The notes beneath the pieces are model-generated. The model had not been told where the DNA came from. It searched no databases and was given only the letters and a program-made list of their open reading frames with translations. A stretch of 64,000 nt of DNA from Auanema rhodensis (lineage: Eukaryota > Animalia > Nematoda), in assembly GCA_964057225.1 (NCBI GenBank), contig OZ059900.1, positions 17,112,001-17,176,000 of the forward strand, read 5' to 3'. A program made the translations under genes and the position numbers. Shown here piece by piece: positions 12,656 through 26,338 of this stretch (position 1 is its first letter; each line of letters opens with the position of its first letter).

Positions 12656-15600
12656 CACAGTAATACCCATGAGAAATATTTTATTATGCTGGAAAACCAG
12701 TTTTTGGAAATTTCGCTGTAAACAAGGTTTTGACTTACGATTTCATGTGTTCAAACTCATGCAATGTCAATGAAACCTAGCTCAAAATTGTTCCTACAAC
12801 GTCTAGTTCCACTTTCACGACAAAAAAACAGGGGTTAGAAAATTAAGGAAATTAGCATATTCTGAGGGCACGCCCTTTATGGCTAATATTGATTAAATCG
12901 ATTTTTGTTCATATGAGTCGTCAAATGCAACGAATTTCAGCGTGTTACATACTAAAATGAAGCATTTTACATGCTGAACACTAGAAAAATACAAAAACAC
13001 AGTATTTCCCATGAGAAATATTTTATTATGCTGGAAAACCAGTTTTTGGAAATTTCGCTGTAAACAAGGTTTTGACTTACGATTTCATGTGTTCAAACTC
13101 ATGCAATGTCAATGAAACCTAGCTCAAAATTGTTCGTACAACGTCTAGTTCCACTTTCACGACAAAAAAACAGGGGTTAGAAAATTAAGGAAATTAGCAT
13201 ATTCTGAGGGCACGCCCCTTATGGCTAATATTGATTAAATCGATTTTTGTTCATATGAGTCGTCAAATGCAACGAATTTCAGCGTGTTACATACTAAAAT
13301 GAAGCATTTTACATGCTGAACACTAGAAAAATACAAAAACACAGTATTTCCCATGAGAATAATTTTATTATGCTGGAAAACCAGTTTTTGGAAATTTCGC
13401 TGTAAACAAGGTTTTGACTTACGATTTCATGTGTTCAAACTCATGCAATGTCAATGAAACCTAGCTCAAAATTGTTCGTACAACGTCTAGTTCCACTTTT
13501 ACGACAAAAAAACAGGGGTTAGAAAATTAAGGAAATTAGCATATTCTGAGGGCACGCCCCTTATGGCTAATATTGATTAAATCGATTTTTGTTCATATGA
13601 GTCGTCAAATGCAACGAATTTCAGCGTGTTACATACTAAAATGAAGCATTTTACATGCTGAACACTAGAAAAATACAAAAACACAGTATTTCCCATGAGA
13701 AATATTTTATTATGCTGGAAAACCAGTTTTTGGAAATTTCGCTGTAAACAAGGTTTTGACTTACGATTTCATGTGTTCAAACTCATGCAATGTCAATGAA
13801 ACCTAGCTCAAAATTGTTCGTACAACGACTAGTTCCACTTTCACGACAAAAAAACAGGGGTTAGAAAATTAAGGAAATTAGCATATTCTGAGGGCACGCC
13901 CCTTATGGCTAATATTGATTAAATCGATTTTTGTTCATATGAGTCGTCAAATGCAACGAATTTCAGCGTGTTACATACTAAAATGAAGCATTTTACATGC
14001 TGAACACTAGAAAAATACAAAAACACAGTATTTCCCATGAGAAATATTTTATTATGCTGGAAAACCAGTTTTTGAAAATTTCGCTGTAAACAAGGTTTTG
14101 ACTTACGATTTCATGTGTTCAAACTCATGCAATGTCAATGAAACCTAGCTCAAAATTGTTCCTACAACGTCTAGTTCCACTTTCACGACAAAAAAACAGG
14201 GGTTAGAAAATTAAGGAAATTAGCATATTCTGAGGGCACGCCCTTTATGGCTAATATTGATTAAATCGATTTTTGTTCATATGAGTCGTCAAATGCAACG
14301 AATTTCAGCGTGTTACATACTAAAATGAAGCATTTTACATGCTGAACACTAGAAAAATACAAAAACACAGTATTTCCCATGAGAAATATTTTATTATGCT
14401 GGAAAACCAGTTTTTGGAAATTTCGCTGTAAACAAGGTTTTGACTTACGATTTCATGTGTTCAAACTCATGCAATGTCAATGAAACCTAGCTCAAAATTG
14501 TTCGTACAACGACTAGTTCCACTTTCACGACAAAAAAACAGGGGTTAGAAAATTAAGGAAATTAGCATATTCTGAGGGCACGCCCCTTATGGCTAATATT
14601 GATTAAATCGATTTTTGTTCATATGAGTCGTCAAATGCAACGAATTTCAGCGTGTTACATACTAAAATGAAGCATTTTACATGCTGAACACTAGAAAAAT
14701 ACAAAAACACAGTATTTCCCATGAGAAATATTTTATTATGCTGGAAAACCAGTTTTTGAAAATTTCGCTGTAAACAAGGTTTTGACTTACGATTTCATGT
14801 GTTCAAACTCATGCAATGTCAATGAAACCTAGCTCAAAATTGTTCCTACAACGTCTAGTTCCACTTTCACGACAAAAAAACAGGGGTTAGAAAATTAAGG
14901 AAATTAGCATATTCTGAGGGCACGCCCCTTATGGCTAATATTGATTAAATCGATTTTTGTTCATATGAGTCGTCAAATGCAACGAATTTCAGCGTGTTAC
15001 ATACTAAAATGAAGCATTTTGTATGCTGAACACTAGAAAAATACAAAAACATAGTATTTCCCATGAGAAATATTTTATTATGCTGGAAAACCAGTTTTTG
15101 GAAATTTCGCTGTAAACAAGGTTTTGACTTACGATTTCATGTGTTCAAACTCATGAAATGTCAATGAAACCTAGCTCAAAATTGTTCGTACAACGTCTAG
15201 TTCCACTTTCACGACAAAAAAACAGGGGTTAGAAAATTAAGGAAATTAGCATATTCTGAGGGCACGCCCCTTATGGCTAATATTGATTAAATCGATTTTT
15301 GTTCATATGAGTCGTCAAATGCAACGAATTTCAGCGTGTTACATACTAAAATAAAGCATTTTACATGCTGAACACTAGAAAAATACAAAAACACAGTATT
15401 TCCCATGAGAAATATTTTATTATGCTGGAAAACCAGTTTTTGGAAATTTCGCTGTAAACAAGGTTTTGACTTACGATTTCATGTGTTCAAACTCATGCAA
15501 TGTCAAAGAAACCTAGCTCAAAATTGTTCCTACAACGTCTAGTTCCACTTTCACGACAAAAAAACAGGGGTTAGAAAATTAAGGAAATTAGCATATTCTG

Positions 15601-17101
15601 AGGGCACGCCCCTTATGGCTAATATTGATTAAATCGATTTTTGTTCATATGAGTCGTCAAATGCAACGAATTTCAGCGTGTTACATACTAAAATGAAGCA
15701 TTTTACATGCTGAACACTAGAAAAATACAAAAACATAGTATTTCCCATGAGAAATATTTTATTATGCTGGAAAACCAGTTTTTGGAAATTTCGCTGTAAA
15801 CAAGGTTTTGACTTACGATTTCATGTGTTCAAACTCATGCAATGTCAATGAAACCTAGCTCAAAATTGTTCGTACAACGTCTAGTTCCACTTTCACGACT
15901 AAAAAACAGGGGTTAGAAAACTAAGGAAATTAGCATATTCTGAGGGCACGCCCCTTATGGCTAATATTGATTAAATCGATTTTTGTTCATATGAGTCGTC
16001 AAATGCAACGAATTTCAGCGTGTTACATACTAAAATAAAGCATTTTACATGCTGAACACTAGAAAAATACAAAAACACAGTATTTCCCATGAGAAATATT
16101 TTATTATGCTGGAAAACCAGTTTTTGGAAATTTCGCTGTAAACAAGGTTTTGACTTACGATTTCATGTGTTCAAACTCATGCAATGTCAATGAAACCCAG
16201 CTCAAAATTGTTCGTACAACGACTAGTTCCACTTTCACGACAAAAAAACAGGGGTTAGAAAATTAAGGAAATTAGCATATTCTGAGGGCACGCCCCTTAT
16301 GGCTAATATTGATTAAATCGATTTTTGTTCATATGAGTCGTCAAATGCAACGAATTTCAGCGTGTTACATACTAAAATGAAGCATTTTACATGCTGAACA
16401 CTAGAAAAATACAAAAACACAGTATTTCCCATGAGAAATATTTTATTATGCTGGAAAACCAGTTTTTGGAAATTTCGCTGTAAACAAGGTTTTGACTTAC
16501 GATTTCATGTGTTCAAACTCATGCAATGTCAATGAAACCTAGCTCAAAATTGTTCGTACAACGACTAGTTCCACTTTCACGACAAAAAAACAGGGGTTAG
16601 AAAATTAAGGAAATTAGCATATTCTGAGGGCACGCCCCTTATGGCTAATATTGATTAAATCGATTTTTGTTCATATGAGTCGTCAAATGCAACGAATTTC
16701 AGCGTGTTACATACTAAAATGAAGCATTTTACATGCTGAACACTAGAAAAATACAAAAACACAGTATTTCCCATGAGAAATATTTTATTATGCTGGAAAA
16801 CCAGTTTTTGGAAATTTCGCTGTAAACAAGGTTTTGACTTACGATTTCATGTGTTCAAACTCATGCAATGTCAATGAAACCTAGCTCAAAATTGTTCGTA
16901 CAACGTCTAGTTCCACTTTCACGACAAAAAAACAGGGGTTAGAAAATTAAGGAAATTAGCATATTCTGAGGGCACGCCCCTTATGGCTAATATTGATTAA
17001 ATCGATTTTTGTTCATATGAGTCGTCAAATGCAACGAATTTCAGCGTGTTACATACTAAAATGAAGCATTTTACATGCTGAACACTAGAAAAATACAAAA
17101 A

Positions 17102-19498
17102 CACAGTATTTCCCATGAGAAATATTTTATTATGCTGGAAAACCAGTTTTTGGAAATTTCGCTGTAAACAAGGTTTTGACTTACGATTTCATGTGTTCAA
17201 ACTCATGCAATGTCAATGAAACCTAGCTCAAAATTGTTCGTACAACGTCTAGTTCCACTTTCACGACAAAAAAACAGGGGTTAGAAAATTAAGGAAATTA
17301 GCATATTCTGAGGGCACGCCCCCTTATGGCTAATATTGATTAAATCGATTTTTGTTCATATGAGTCGTCAAATGCAACGAATTTCAGCGTGTTACATACT
17401 AAAATGAAGCATTTCACATGCTGAACACTAGAAAAATACAAAAACACAGTATTTCAACTGAGAAATATTTTATTATGCTGGAAAACCAGTTTTTGGAAAT
17501 TTCGCTGTAAACAAGGTTTTGACTTACGATTTCATGTGTTCAAACTCATGCAATGTCAATGAAACCTAGCTCAAAATTGTTAATACAATGTCTAGTTCCA
17601 CTTTCACGACAAAAAAACAGGGGTTAGAAAATTAAGGAAATTAGCATATTCTGAGGGCACGCCCCTTATGGCTAATATTGATTAAATCGATTTTTGTTCA
17701 TATGAGTCGTCAAATGCAACGAATTTCAGCGTGTTACATACTAAAATGAAGCATTTTACATGCTGAACACTAGAAAAATACAAAAACACAGTATTTCCCA
17801 TGAGAAATATTTTATTATGCTGGAAAACCAGTTTTTGGAAATTTCGCTGTAAACAAGGTTTTGACTTACGATTTCATGTGTTCAAACTCATGCAATGTCA
17901 TTGAAACCTAGCTCAAAATTGTTCGTACAACGTCTGGTTCCACTTTCACGACAAAAAAACAGGGGTTAGAAAATTAAGGAAATTAGCATATTCTGAGGGC
18001 ACGCCCCTTATGGCTAATATTGATTAAATCGATTTTTGTTCATATGAGTCGTCAAATGCAACGAATTTCAGCGTGTTACATACTAAAATGAAGCATTTTA
18101 CATGCTGAACACTAGAAAAATACAAAAACACAGTATTTCCCATGAGAAATATTTTATTATGCTGGAAAACCAGTTTTTGGAAATTTCGCTGTAAACAAGG
18201 TTTTGACTTACGATTTCATGTGTTCAAACTCATGCAATGTCAATGAAACCTAGCTCAAAATTGTTCGTACAACGTCTAGTTCCACTTTCACGACAAAAAA
18301 ACAGGGGTTAGAAAATTAAGGAAATTAGCATATTCTGAGGGCACGCCCCCTTATGGCTAATATTGATTAAATCGATTTTTGTTCATATGAGTCGTCAAAT
18401 GCAACGAATTTCAGCGTGTTACATACTAAAATGAAGCATTTTACATGCTGAACACTAGAAAAATACAAAAACACAGTATTTCCCATGAGAAATATTTTAT
18501 TATGCTGGAAAACCAGTTTTTGGAAATTTCGCTGTAAACAAGGTTTTGACTTACGATTTCATGTGTTCAAACTCATGCAATGTCAATGAAACCTAGCTCA
18601 AAATTGTTAATACAATGTCTAGTTCCACTTTCACGACAAAAAAACAGGGGTTAGAAAATTAAGGAAATTAGCATATTCTGAGGGCACGCCCCTTATGGCT
18701 AATATTGATTAAATCGATTTTTGTTCATATGAGTCGTCAAATGCAACGAATTTCAGCGTGTTACATACTAAAATGAAGCATTTTACATGCTGAACACTAG
18801 AAAAGTACAAAAACACAGTATTTCCCATGAGAAATATTTTATTATGCTGGAAAACCAGTTTTTGGAAATTTCGCTGTAAACAAGGTTTTGACTTACGATT
18901 TCATGTGTTCAAACTCATGCAATGTCAATGAAACCTAGCTCAAAATTGTTCGTACAACGTCTGGTTCCACTTTCACGACAAAAAAACAGGGGTTAGAAAA
19001 TTAAGGAAATTAGCATATTCTGAGGGCACGCCCCTTATGGCTAATATTGATTAAATCGATTTTTGTTCATATGAGTCGTCAAATGCAACGAATTTCAGCG
19101 TGTTACATACTAAAATGAAGCATTTTACATGCTGAACACTAGAAAAATACAAAAACACAGTATTTCCCATGAGAAATATTTTATTATGCTGGAAAACCAG
19201 TTTTTGGAAATTTCGCTGTAAACAAGGTTTTGACTTACGATTTCATGTGTTCAAACTCATGCAATGTCAATGAAACCTAGCTCAAAATTGTTCGTACAAC
19301 GTCTAGTTCCACTTTCACGACAAAAAAACAGGGGTTAGAAAATTAAGGAAATTAGCATATTCTGAGGGCACGCCCCCTTATGGCTAATATTGATTAAATC
19401 GATTTTTGTTCATATGAGTCGTCAAATGCAACGAATTTCAGCGTGTTACATACTAAAATGAAGCATTTTACATGCTGAACACTAGAAAAATACAAAAA
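17102..19498 (+). repeat. Local 3-mer higher-order repeat, 1027-bp period, about 2.3 copies (monomers 51-57)
   Basis: C5 insertions at 17319, 18346 and 19373 are spaced exactly 1027 bp apart. The first two are each followed by a GTTAATACAAT monomer and then a TCTGG monomer. Confidence 0.9.
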
Positions 19499-22400
19499 CA
19501 CAGTAATACCCATGAGAAATATTTTATTATGCTGGAAAACCAGTTTTTGGAAATTTCGCTGTAAACAAGGTTTTGACTTACGATTTCATGTGTTCAAACT
19601 CATGCAATGTCAATGAAACCTAGCTCAAAATTGTTCGTACAACGTCTAGTTCCACTTTCACGACAAAAAAACAGGGGTTAGAAAATTAAGGAAATTAGCA
19701 TATTCTGAGGGCACGCCCCTTATGGCTAATATTGATTAAATCGATTTTTGTTCATATGAGTCGTCAAATGCAACGAATTTCAGCGTGTTACATACTAAAA
19801 TGAAGCATTTTACATGCTGAACACTAGAAAAATACAAAAACACAGTATTTCCCATGAGAAATATTTTATTATGCTGGAAAACCAGTTTTTGGAAATTTCG
19901 CTGTAAACAAGGTTTTGACTTACGATTTCATGTGTTCAAACTCATGCAATGTCAATGAAACCCAGCTCAAAATTGTTCGTACAACGTCTAGTTCCACTTT
20001 CACGACAAAAAAACAGGGGTTAGAAAATTAAGGAAATTAGCATATTCTGAGGGCACGCCCCTTATGGCTAATATTGATTAAATCGATTTTTGTTCATATG
20101 AGTCGTCAAATGCAACGAATTTCAGCGTGTTACATACTAAAATGAAGCATTTTACGTGCTGAACACTAGAAAAATACAAAAACACAGTATTTCCCATGAG
20201 AAATATTTTATTATGCTGGAAAACCAGTTTTTGGAAATTTCGCTGTAAACAAGGTTTTGACTTACGATTTCATGTGTTCAAACTCATGCAATGTCAATGA
20301 AACCTAGCTCAAAATTGTTCGTACAACGTCTAGTTCCACTTTCACGACAAAAAAACAGGGGTTAGAAAATTAAGGAAATTGGCATATTCTGAGGGCACGC
20401 CCCTTATGGCTAATATTGATTAAATCGATTTTTGTTCATATGAGTCGTCAAATGCAACGAATTTCAGCGTGTTACATACTAAAATGAAGCATTTTACATG
20501 CTGAACACTAGAAAAATACAAAAACACAGTATTTCCCATGAGAAATATTTTATTATGCTGGAAAACCAGTTTTTGGAAATTTCGCTGTAAACAAGGTTTT
20601 GACTTACGATTTCATGTGTTCAAACTCATGCAATGTCAATGAAACCCAGCTCAAAATTGTTCGTACAACGTCTAGTTCCACTTTCACGACAAAAAAACAG
20701 GGGTTAGAAAATTAAGGAAATTAGCATATTCTGAGGGCACGCCCCTTATGGCTAATATTGATTAAATCGATTTTTGTTCATATGAGTCGTCAAATGCAAC
20801 GAATTTCAGCGTGTTACATACTAAAATGAAGCATTTTACATGCTGAACACTAGAAAAATACAAAAACACAGTATTTCCCATGAGAAATATTTTATTATGC
20901 TGGAAAACCAGTTTTTGGAAATTTCGCTGTAAACAAGGTTTTGACTTACGATTTCATGTGTTCAAACTCATGCAATGTCAATGAAACCTAGCTCAAAATT
21001 GTTCGTACAACGTCTAGTTCCACTTTCACGACAAAAAAACAGGGGTTAGAAAATTAAGGAAATTAGCATATTCTGAGGGCACGCCCCTTATGGCTAATAT
21101 TGATTAAATCGATTTTTGTTCATATGAGTCGTCAAATGCAACGAATTTCAGCGTGTTACATACTAAAATGAAGCATTTTACATGCTGAACACTAGAAAAA
21201 TACAAAAACACAGTATTTCCCATGAGAAATATTTTATTATGCTGGAAAACCAGTTTTTGAAAATATCGCTGTAAACAAGGTTTTGACTTACGATTTCATG
21301 TGTTCAAACTCATGCAATGTCAATGAAACCTAGCTCAAAATTGTTCCTACAACGTCTAGTTCCACTTTCACGACAAAAAAACAGGGGTTAGAAAATTAAG
21401 GAAATTAGCATATTCTGAGGGCACGCCCCTTATGGCTAATATTGATTAAATCGATTTTTGTTCATATGAGTCGTCAAATGCAACGAATTTCAGCGTGTTA
21501 CATACTAAAATGAAGCATTTTACATGCTGAACACTAGAAAAATACAAAAACACAGTATTTCCCATGAGAAATATTTTATTATGCTGGAAAACCAGTTTTT
21601 GGAAATTTCGCTGTAAACAAGGTTTTGACTTACGATTTCATGTGTTCAAACTCATGCAATGTCAATGAAACCTAGCTCAAAATTGTTCGTACAACGTCTA
21701 GTTCCACTTTCACGACAAAAAAACAGGGGTTAGAAAATTAAGGAAATTAGCATATTCTGAGGGCACGCCCCTTATGGCTAATATTGATTAAATCGATTTT
21801 TGTTCATATGAGTCGTCAAATGCAACGAATTTCAGCGTGTTACATACTAAAATGAAGCATTTTACATGCTGAACACTAGAAAAATACAAAAACACGGTAT
21901 TTCCCATGAGAAATATTTTATTATGCTGGAAAACCAGTTTTTGAAAATATCGCTGTAAACAAGGTTTTGACTTACGATTTCATGTGTTCAAACTCATGCA
22001 ATGTCAATGAAACCTAGCTCAAAATTGTTCCTACAACGTCTAGTTCCACTTTCACGACAAAAAAACAGGGGTTAGAAAATTAAAGAAATTAGCATATTCT
22101 GAGGGCACGCCCCTTATGGCTAATATTGATTAAATCGATTTTTGTTCATATGAGTCGTCAAATGCAACGAATTTCAGCGTGTTACATACTAAAATGAAGC
22201 ATTTTACATGCTGAACACTAGAAAAATACAAAAACACAGTATTTCCCATGAGAAATATTTTATTATGCTGGAAAACCAGTTTTTGGAAGTTTCGCTGTAA
22301 ACAAGGTTTTGACTTACGATTTCATGTGTTCAAACTCATGCAATGTCAATGAAACCTAGCTCAAAATTGTTCCTACAACGTCTAGTTCCACTTTCACGAC

Positions 22401-23602
22401 AAAAAAACAGGGGTTAGAAAATTAAGGAAATTAGCATATTCTGAGGGCACGCCCTTTATGGCTAATATTGATTAAATCGATTTTTGTTCATATGAGTCGT
22501 CAAATGCAACGAATTTCAGCGTGTTACATACTAAAATGAAGCATTTCACATGCTGAACACTAGAAAAATACAAAAACACAGTATTTCCCATGAGAAATAT
22601 TTTATTATGCTGGAAAACCAGTTTTTGGAAATTTCGCTGTAAACAAGGTTTTGACTTACGATTTCATGTGTTCAAACTCATGCAATGTCAATGAAACCTA
22701 GCTCAAAATTGTTCGTACAACGTCTAGTTCCACTTTCACGACAAAAAAACAGGGGTTAGAAAATTAAGGAAATTAGCATATTCTGAGGGCACGCCCCTTA
22801 TGGCTAATATTGATTAAATCGATTTTTGTTCATATGAGTCGTCAAATGCAACGAATTTCAGCGTGTTACATACTAAAATGAAGCATTTTACATGCTGAAC
22901 ACTAGAAAAATACAAAAACACAGTAATACCCATGAGAAATATTTTATTATGCTGGAAAACCAGTTTTTGGAAATTTCGCTGTAAACAAGGTTTTGACTTA
23001 CGATTTCATGTGTTCAAACTCATGCAATGTCAATGAAACCTAGCTCAAAATTGTTCGTACAACGTCTAGTTCCACTTTCACGACAAAAAAACAGGGGTTA
23101 GAAAATTAAGGAAATTAGCATATTCTGAGGGCACGCCCCTTATGGCTAATATTGATTAAATCGATTTTTGTTCATATGAGTCGTCAAATGCAACGAATTT
23201 CAGCGTGTTACATACTAAAATGAAGCATTTTACATGCTGAACACTAGAAAAATACAAAAACACAGTAATACCCATGAGAAATATTTTATTATGCTGGAAA
23301 ACCAGTTTTTGGAAATTTCGCTGTAAACAAGGTTTTGACTTACGATTTCATGTGTTCAAACTCATGCAATGTCAATGAAACCTAGCTCAAAATTGTTAAT
23401 ACAATGTCTAGTTCCACTTTCAGGACAAAAAAACAGGGGTTAGAAAATTAAGGAAATTAGCATATTCTGAGGGCACGCCCTTTATGGCTAATATTGATTA
23501 AATCGATTTTTGTTCATATGAGTCGTCAAATGCAACGAATTTCAGCGTGTTACATACTAAAATGAAGCATTTTACATGCTGAACACTAGAAAAATACAAA
23601 AA

Positions 23603-26338
23603 CACAGTATTTCCCATGAGAAATATTTTATTATGCTGGAAAACCAGTTTTTGGAAATTTCGCTGTAAACAAGGTTTTGACTTACGATTTCATGTGTTCA
23701 AACTCATGCAATGTCAATGAAACCTAGCTCAAAATTGTTCGTACAACGTCTAGTTCCACTTTCACGACTAAAAAACAGGGGTTAGAAAATTAAGGAAATT
23801 AGCATATTCTGAGGGCACGCCCCTTATGGCTAATATTGATTAAATCGATTTTTGTTCATATGAGTCGTCAAATGCAACGAATTTCAGCGTGTTACATACT
23901 AAAATGAAGCATTTTACATGCTGAACACTAGAAAAATACAAAAACACAGTATTTCCCATGAGAAATATTTTATTATGCTGGAAAACCAGTTTTTGGAAAT
24001 TTCGCTGTAAACAAGGTTTTGACTTACGATTTCATGTGTTCAAACTCATGCAATGTCAATGAAACCCAGCTCAAAATTGTTCGTACAACGTCTAGTTCCA
24101 CTTTCACGACAAAAAAACAGGGGTTAGAAAATTAAGGAAATTAGCATATTCTGAGGGCACGCCCCTTATGGCTAATATTGATTAAATCGATTTTTGTTCA
24201 TATGAGTCGTCAAATGCAACGAATTTCAGCGTGTTACATACTAAAATGAAGCATTTTACATGCTGAACACTAGAAAAATACAAAAACACAGTATTTCCCA
24301 TGAGAAATATTTTATTATGCTGGAAAACCAGTTTTTGGAAATTTCGCTGTAAACAAGGTTTTGACTTACGATTTCATGTGTTCAAACTCATGCAATGTCA
24401 ATGAAACCTAGCTCAAAATTGTTCGTACAACGTCTAGTTCCACTTTCACGACAAAAAAACAGGGGTTAGAAAATTAAGGAAATTAGCATATTCTGAGGGC
24501 ACGCCCCTTATGGCTAATATTGATTAAATCGATTTTTGTTCATATGAGTCGTCAAATGCAACGAATTTCAGCGTGTTACATACTAAAATGAAGCATTTTA
24601 CATGCTGAACACTAGAAAAATACAAAAACACAGTATTTCCCATGAGAAATATTTTATTATGCTGGAAAACCAGTTTTTGAAAATTTCGCTGTAAACAAGG
24701 TTTTGACTTACGATTTCATGTGTTCAAACTCATGCAATGTCAATGAAACCTAGCTCAAAATTGTTCCTACAACGTCTAGTTCCACTTTCACGACAAAAAA
24801 ACAGGGGTTAGAAAATTAAGGAAATTAGCATATTCTGAGGGCACGCCCTTTATGGCTAATATTGATTAAATCGATTTTTGTTCATATGAGTCGTCAAATG
24901 CAACGAATTTCAGCGTGTTACATACTAAAATGAAGCATTTTACATGCTGAACACTAGAAAAATACAAAAACACAGTATTTCCCATGAGAAATATTTTATT
25001 ATGCTGGAAAACCAGTTTTTGGAAATTTCGCTGTAAACAAGGTTTTGACTTACGATTTCATGTGTTCAAACTCATGCAATGTCAATGAAACCTAGCTCAA
25101 AATTGTTCGTACAACGTCTAGTTCCACTTTCACGACTAAAAAACAGGGGTTAGAAAATTAAGGAAATTAGCATATTCTGAGGGCACGCCCCTTATGGCTA
25201 ATATTGATTAAATCGATTTTTGTTCATATGAGTCGTCAAATGCAACGAATTTCAGCGTGTTACATACTAAAATGAAGCATTTTACATGCTGAACACTAGA
25301 AAAATACAAAAACACAGTATTTCCCATGAGAAATATTTTATTATGCTGGAAAACCAGTTTTTGGAAATTTCGCTGTAAACAAGGTTTTGACTTACGATTT
25401 CATGTGTTCAAACTCATGCAATGTCAATGAAACCCAGCTCAAAATTGTTCGTACAACGTCTAGTTCCACTTTCACGACAAAAAAACAGGGGTTAGAAAAT
25501 TAAGGAAATTAGCATATTCTGAGGGCACGCCCCTTATGGCTAATATTGATTAAATCGATTTTTGTTCATATGAGTCGTCAAATGCAACGAATTTCAGCGT
25601 GTTACATACTAAAATGAAGCATTTTACATGCTGAACACTAGAAAAATACAAAAACACAGTATTTCCCATGAGAAATATTTTATTATGCTGGAAAACCAGT
25701 TTTTGGAAATTTCGCTGTAAACAAGGTTTTGACTTACGATTTCATGTGTTCAAACTCATGCAATGTCAATGAAACCTAGCTCAAAATTGTTCGTACAACG
25801 TCTAGTTCCACTTTCACGACAAAAAAACAGGGGTTAGAAAATTAAGGAAATTAGCATATTCTGAGGGCACGCCCCTTATGGCTAATATTGATTAAATCGA
25901 TTTTTGTTCATATGAGTCGTCAAATGCAACGAATTTCAGCGTGTTACATACTAAAATGAAGCATTTTACATGCTGAACACTAGAAAAATACAAAAACACA
26001 GTATTTCCCATGAGAAATATTTTATTATGCTGGAAAACCAGTTTTTGAAAATTTCGCTGTAAACAAGGTTTTGACTTACGATTTCATGTGTTCAAACTCA
26101 TGCAATGTCAATGAAACCTAGCTCAAAATTGTTCCTACAACGTCTAGTTCCACTTTCACGACAAAAAAACAGGGGTTAGAAAATTAAGGAAATTAGCATA
26201 TTCTGAGGGCACGCCCTTTATGGCTAATATTGATTAAATCGATTTTTGTTCATATGAGTCGTCAAATGCAACGAATTTCAGCGTGTTACATACTAAAATG
26301 AAGCATTTTACATGCTGAACACTAGAAAAATACAAAAA
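23603..26338 (+). repeat. Local tandem 4-mer higher-order duplication (2 x 1368 bp; monomers 70-73 and 74-77)
   Basis: The order [GACTAAA]-[CCCAG]-[consensus]-[TGAAAA/CCT/CCCTTT] occurs twice in succession. Confidence 0.9.

Larger units (their letters stand above)
1..14895 (+). repeat. Large duplicated block, copy A (monomers 1-44; left end probably outside the window)
   Basis: Ordered rare variants recur exactly 38,650 bp downstream: GAGAAAAATT 1381/40031, GAACCAT 2011/40661, GTTAAAC 6310/44960, C5 insertion 9452/48102, CAAATTTG 10731/49381, CAACAAAT 12581/51231. Confidence 0.95.
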
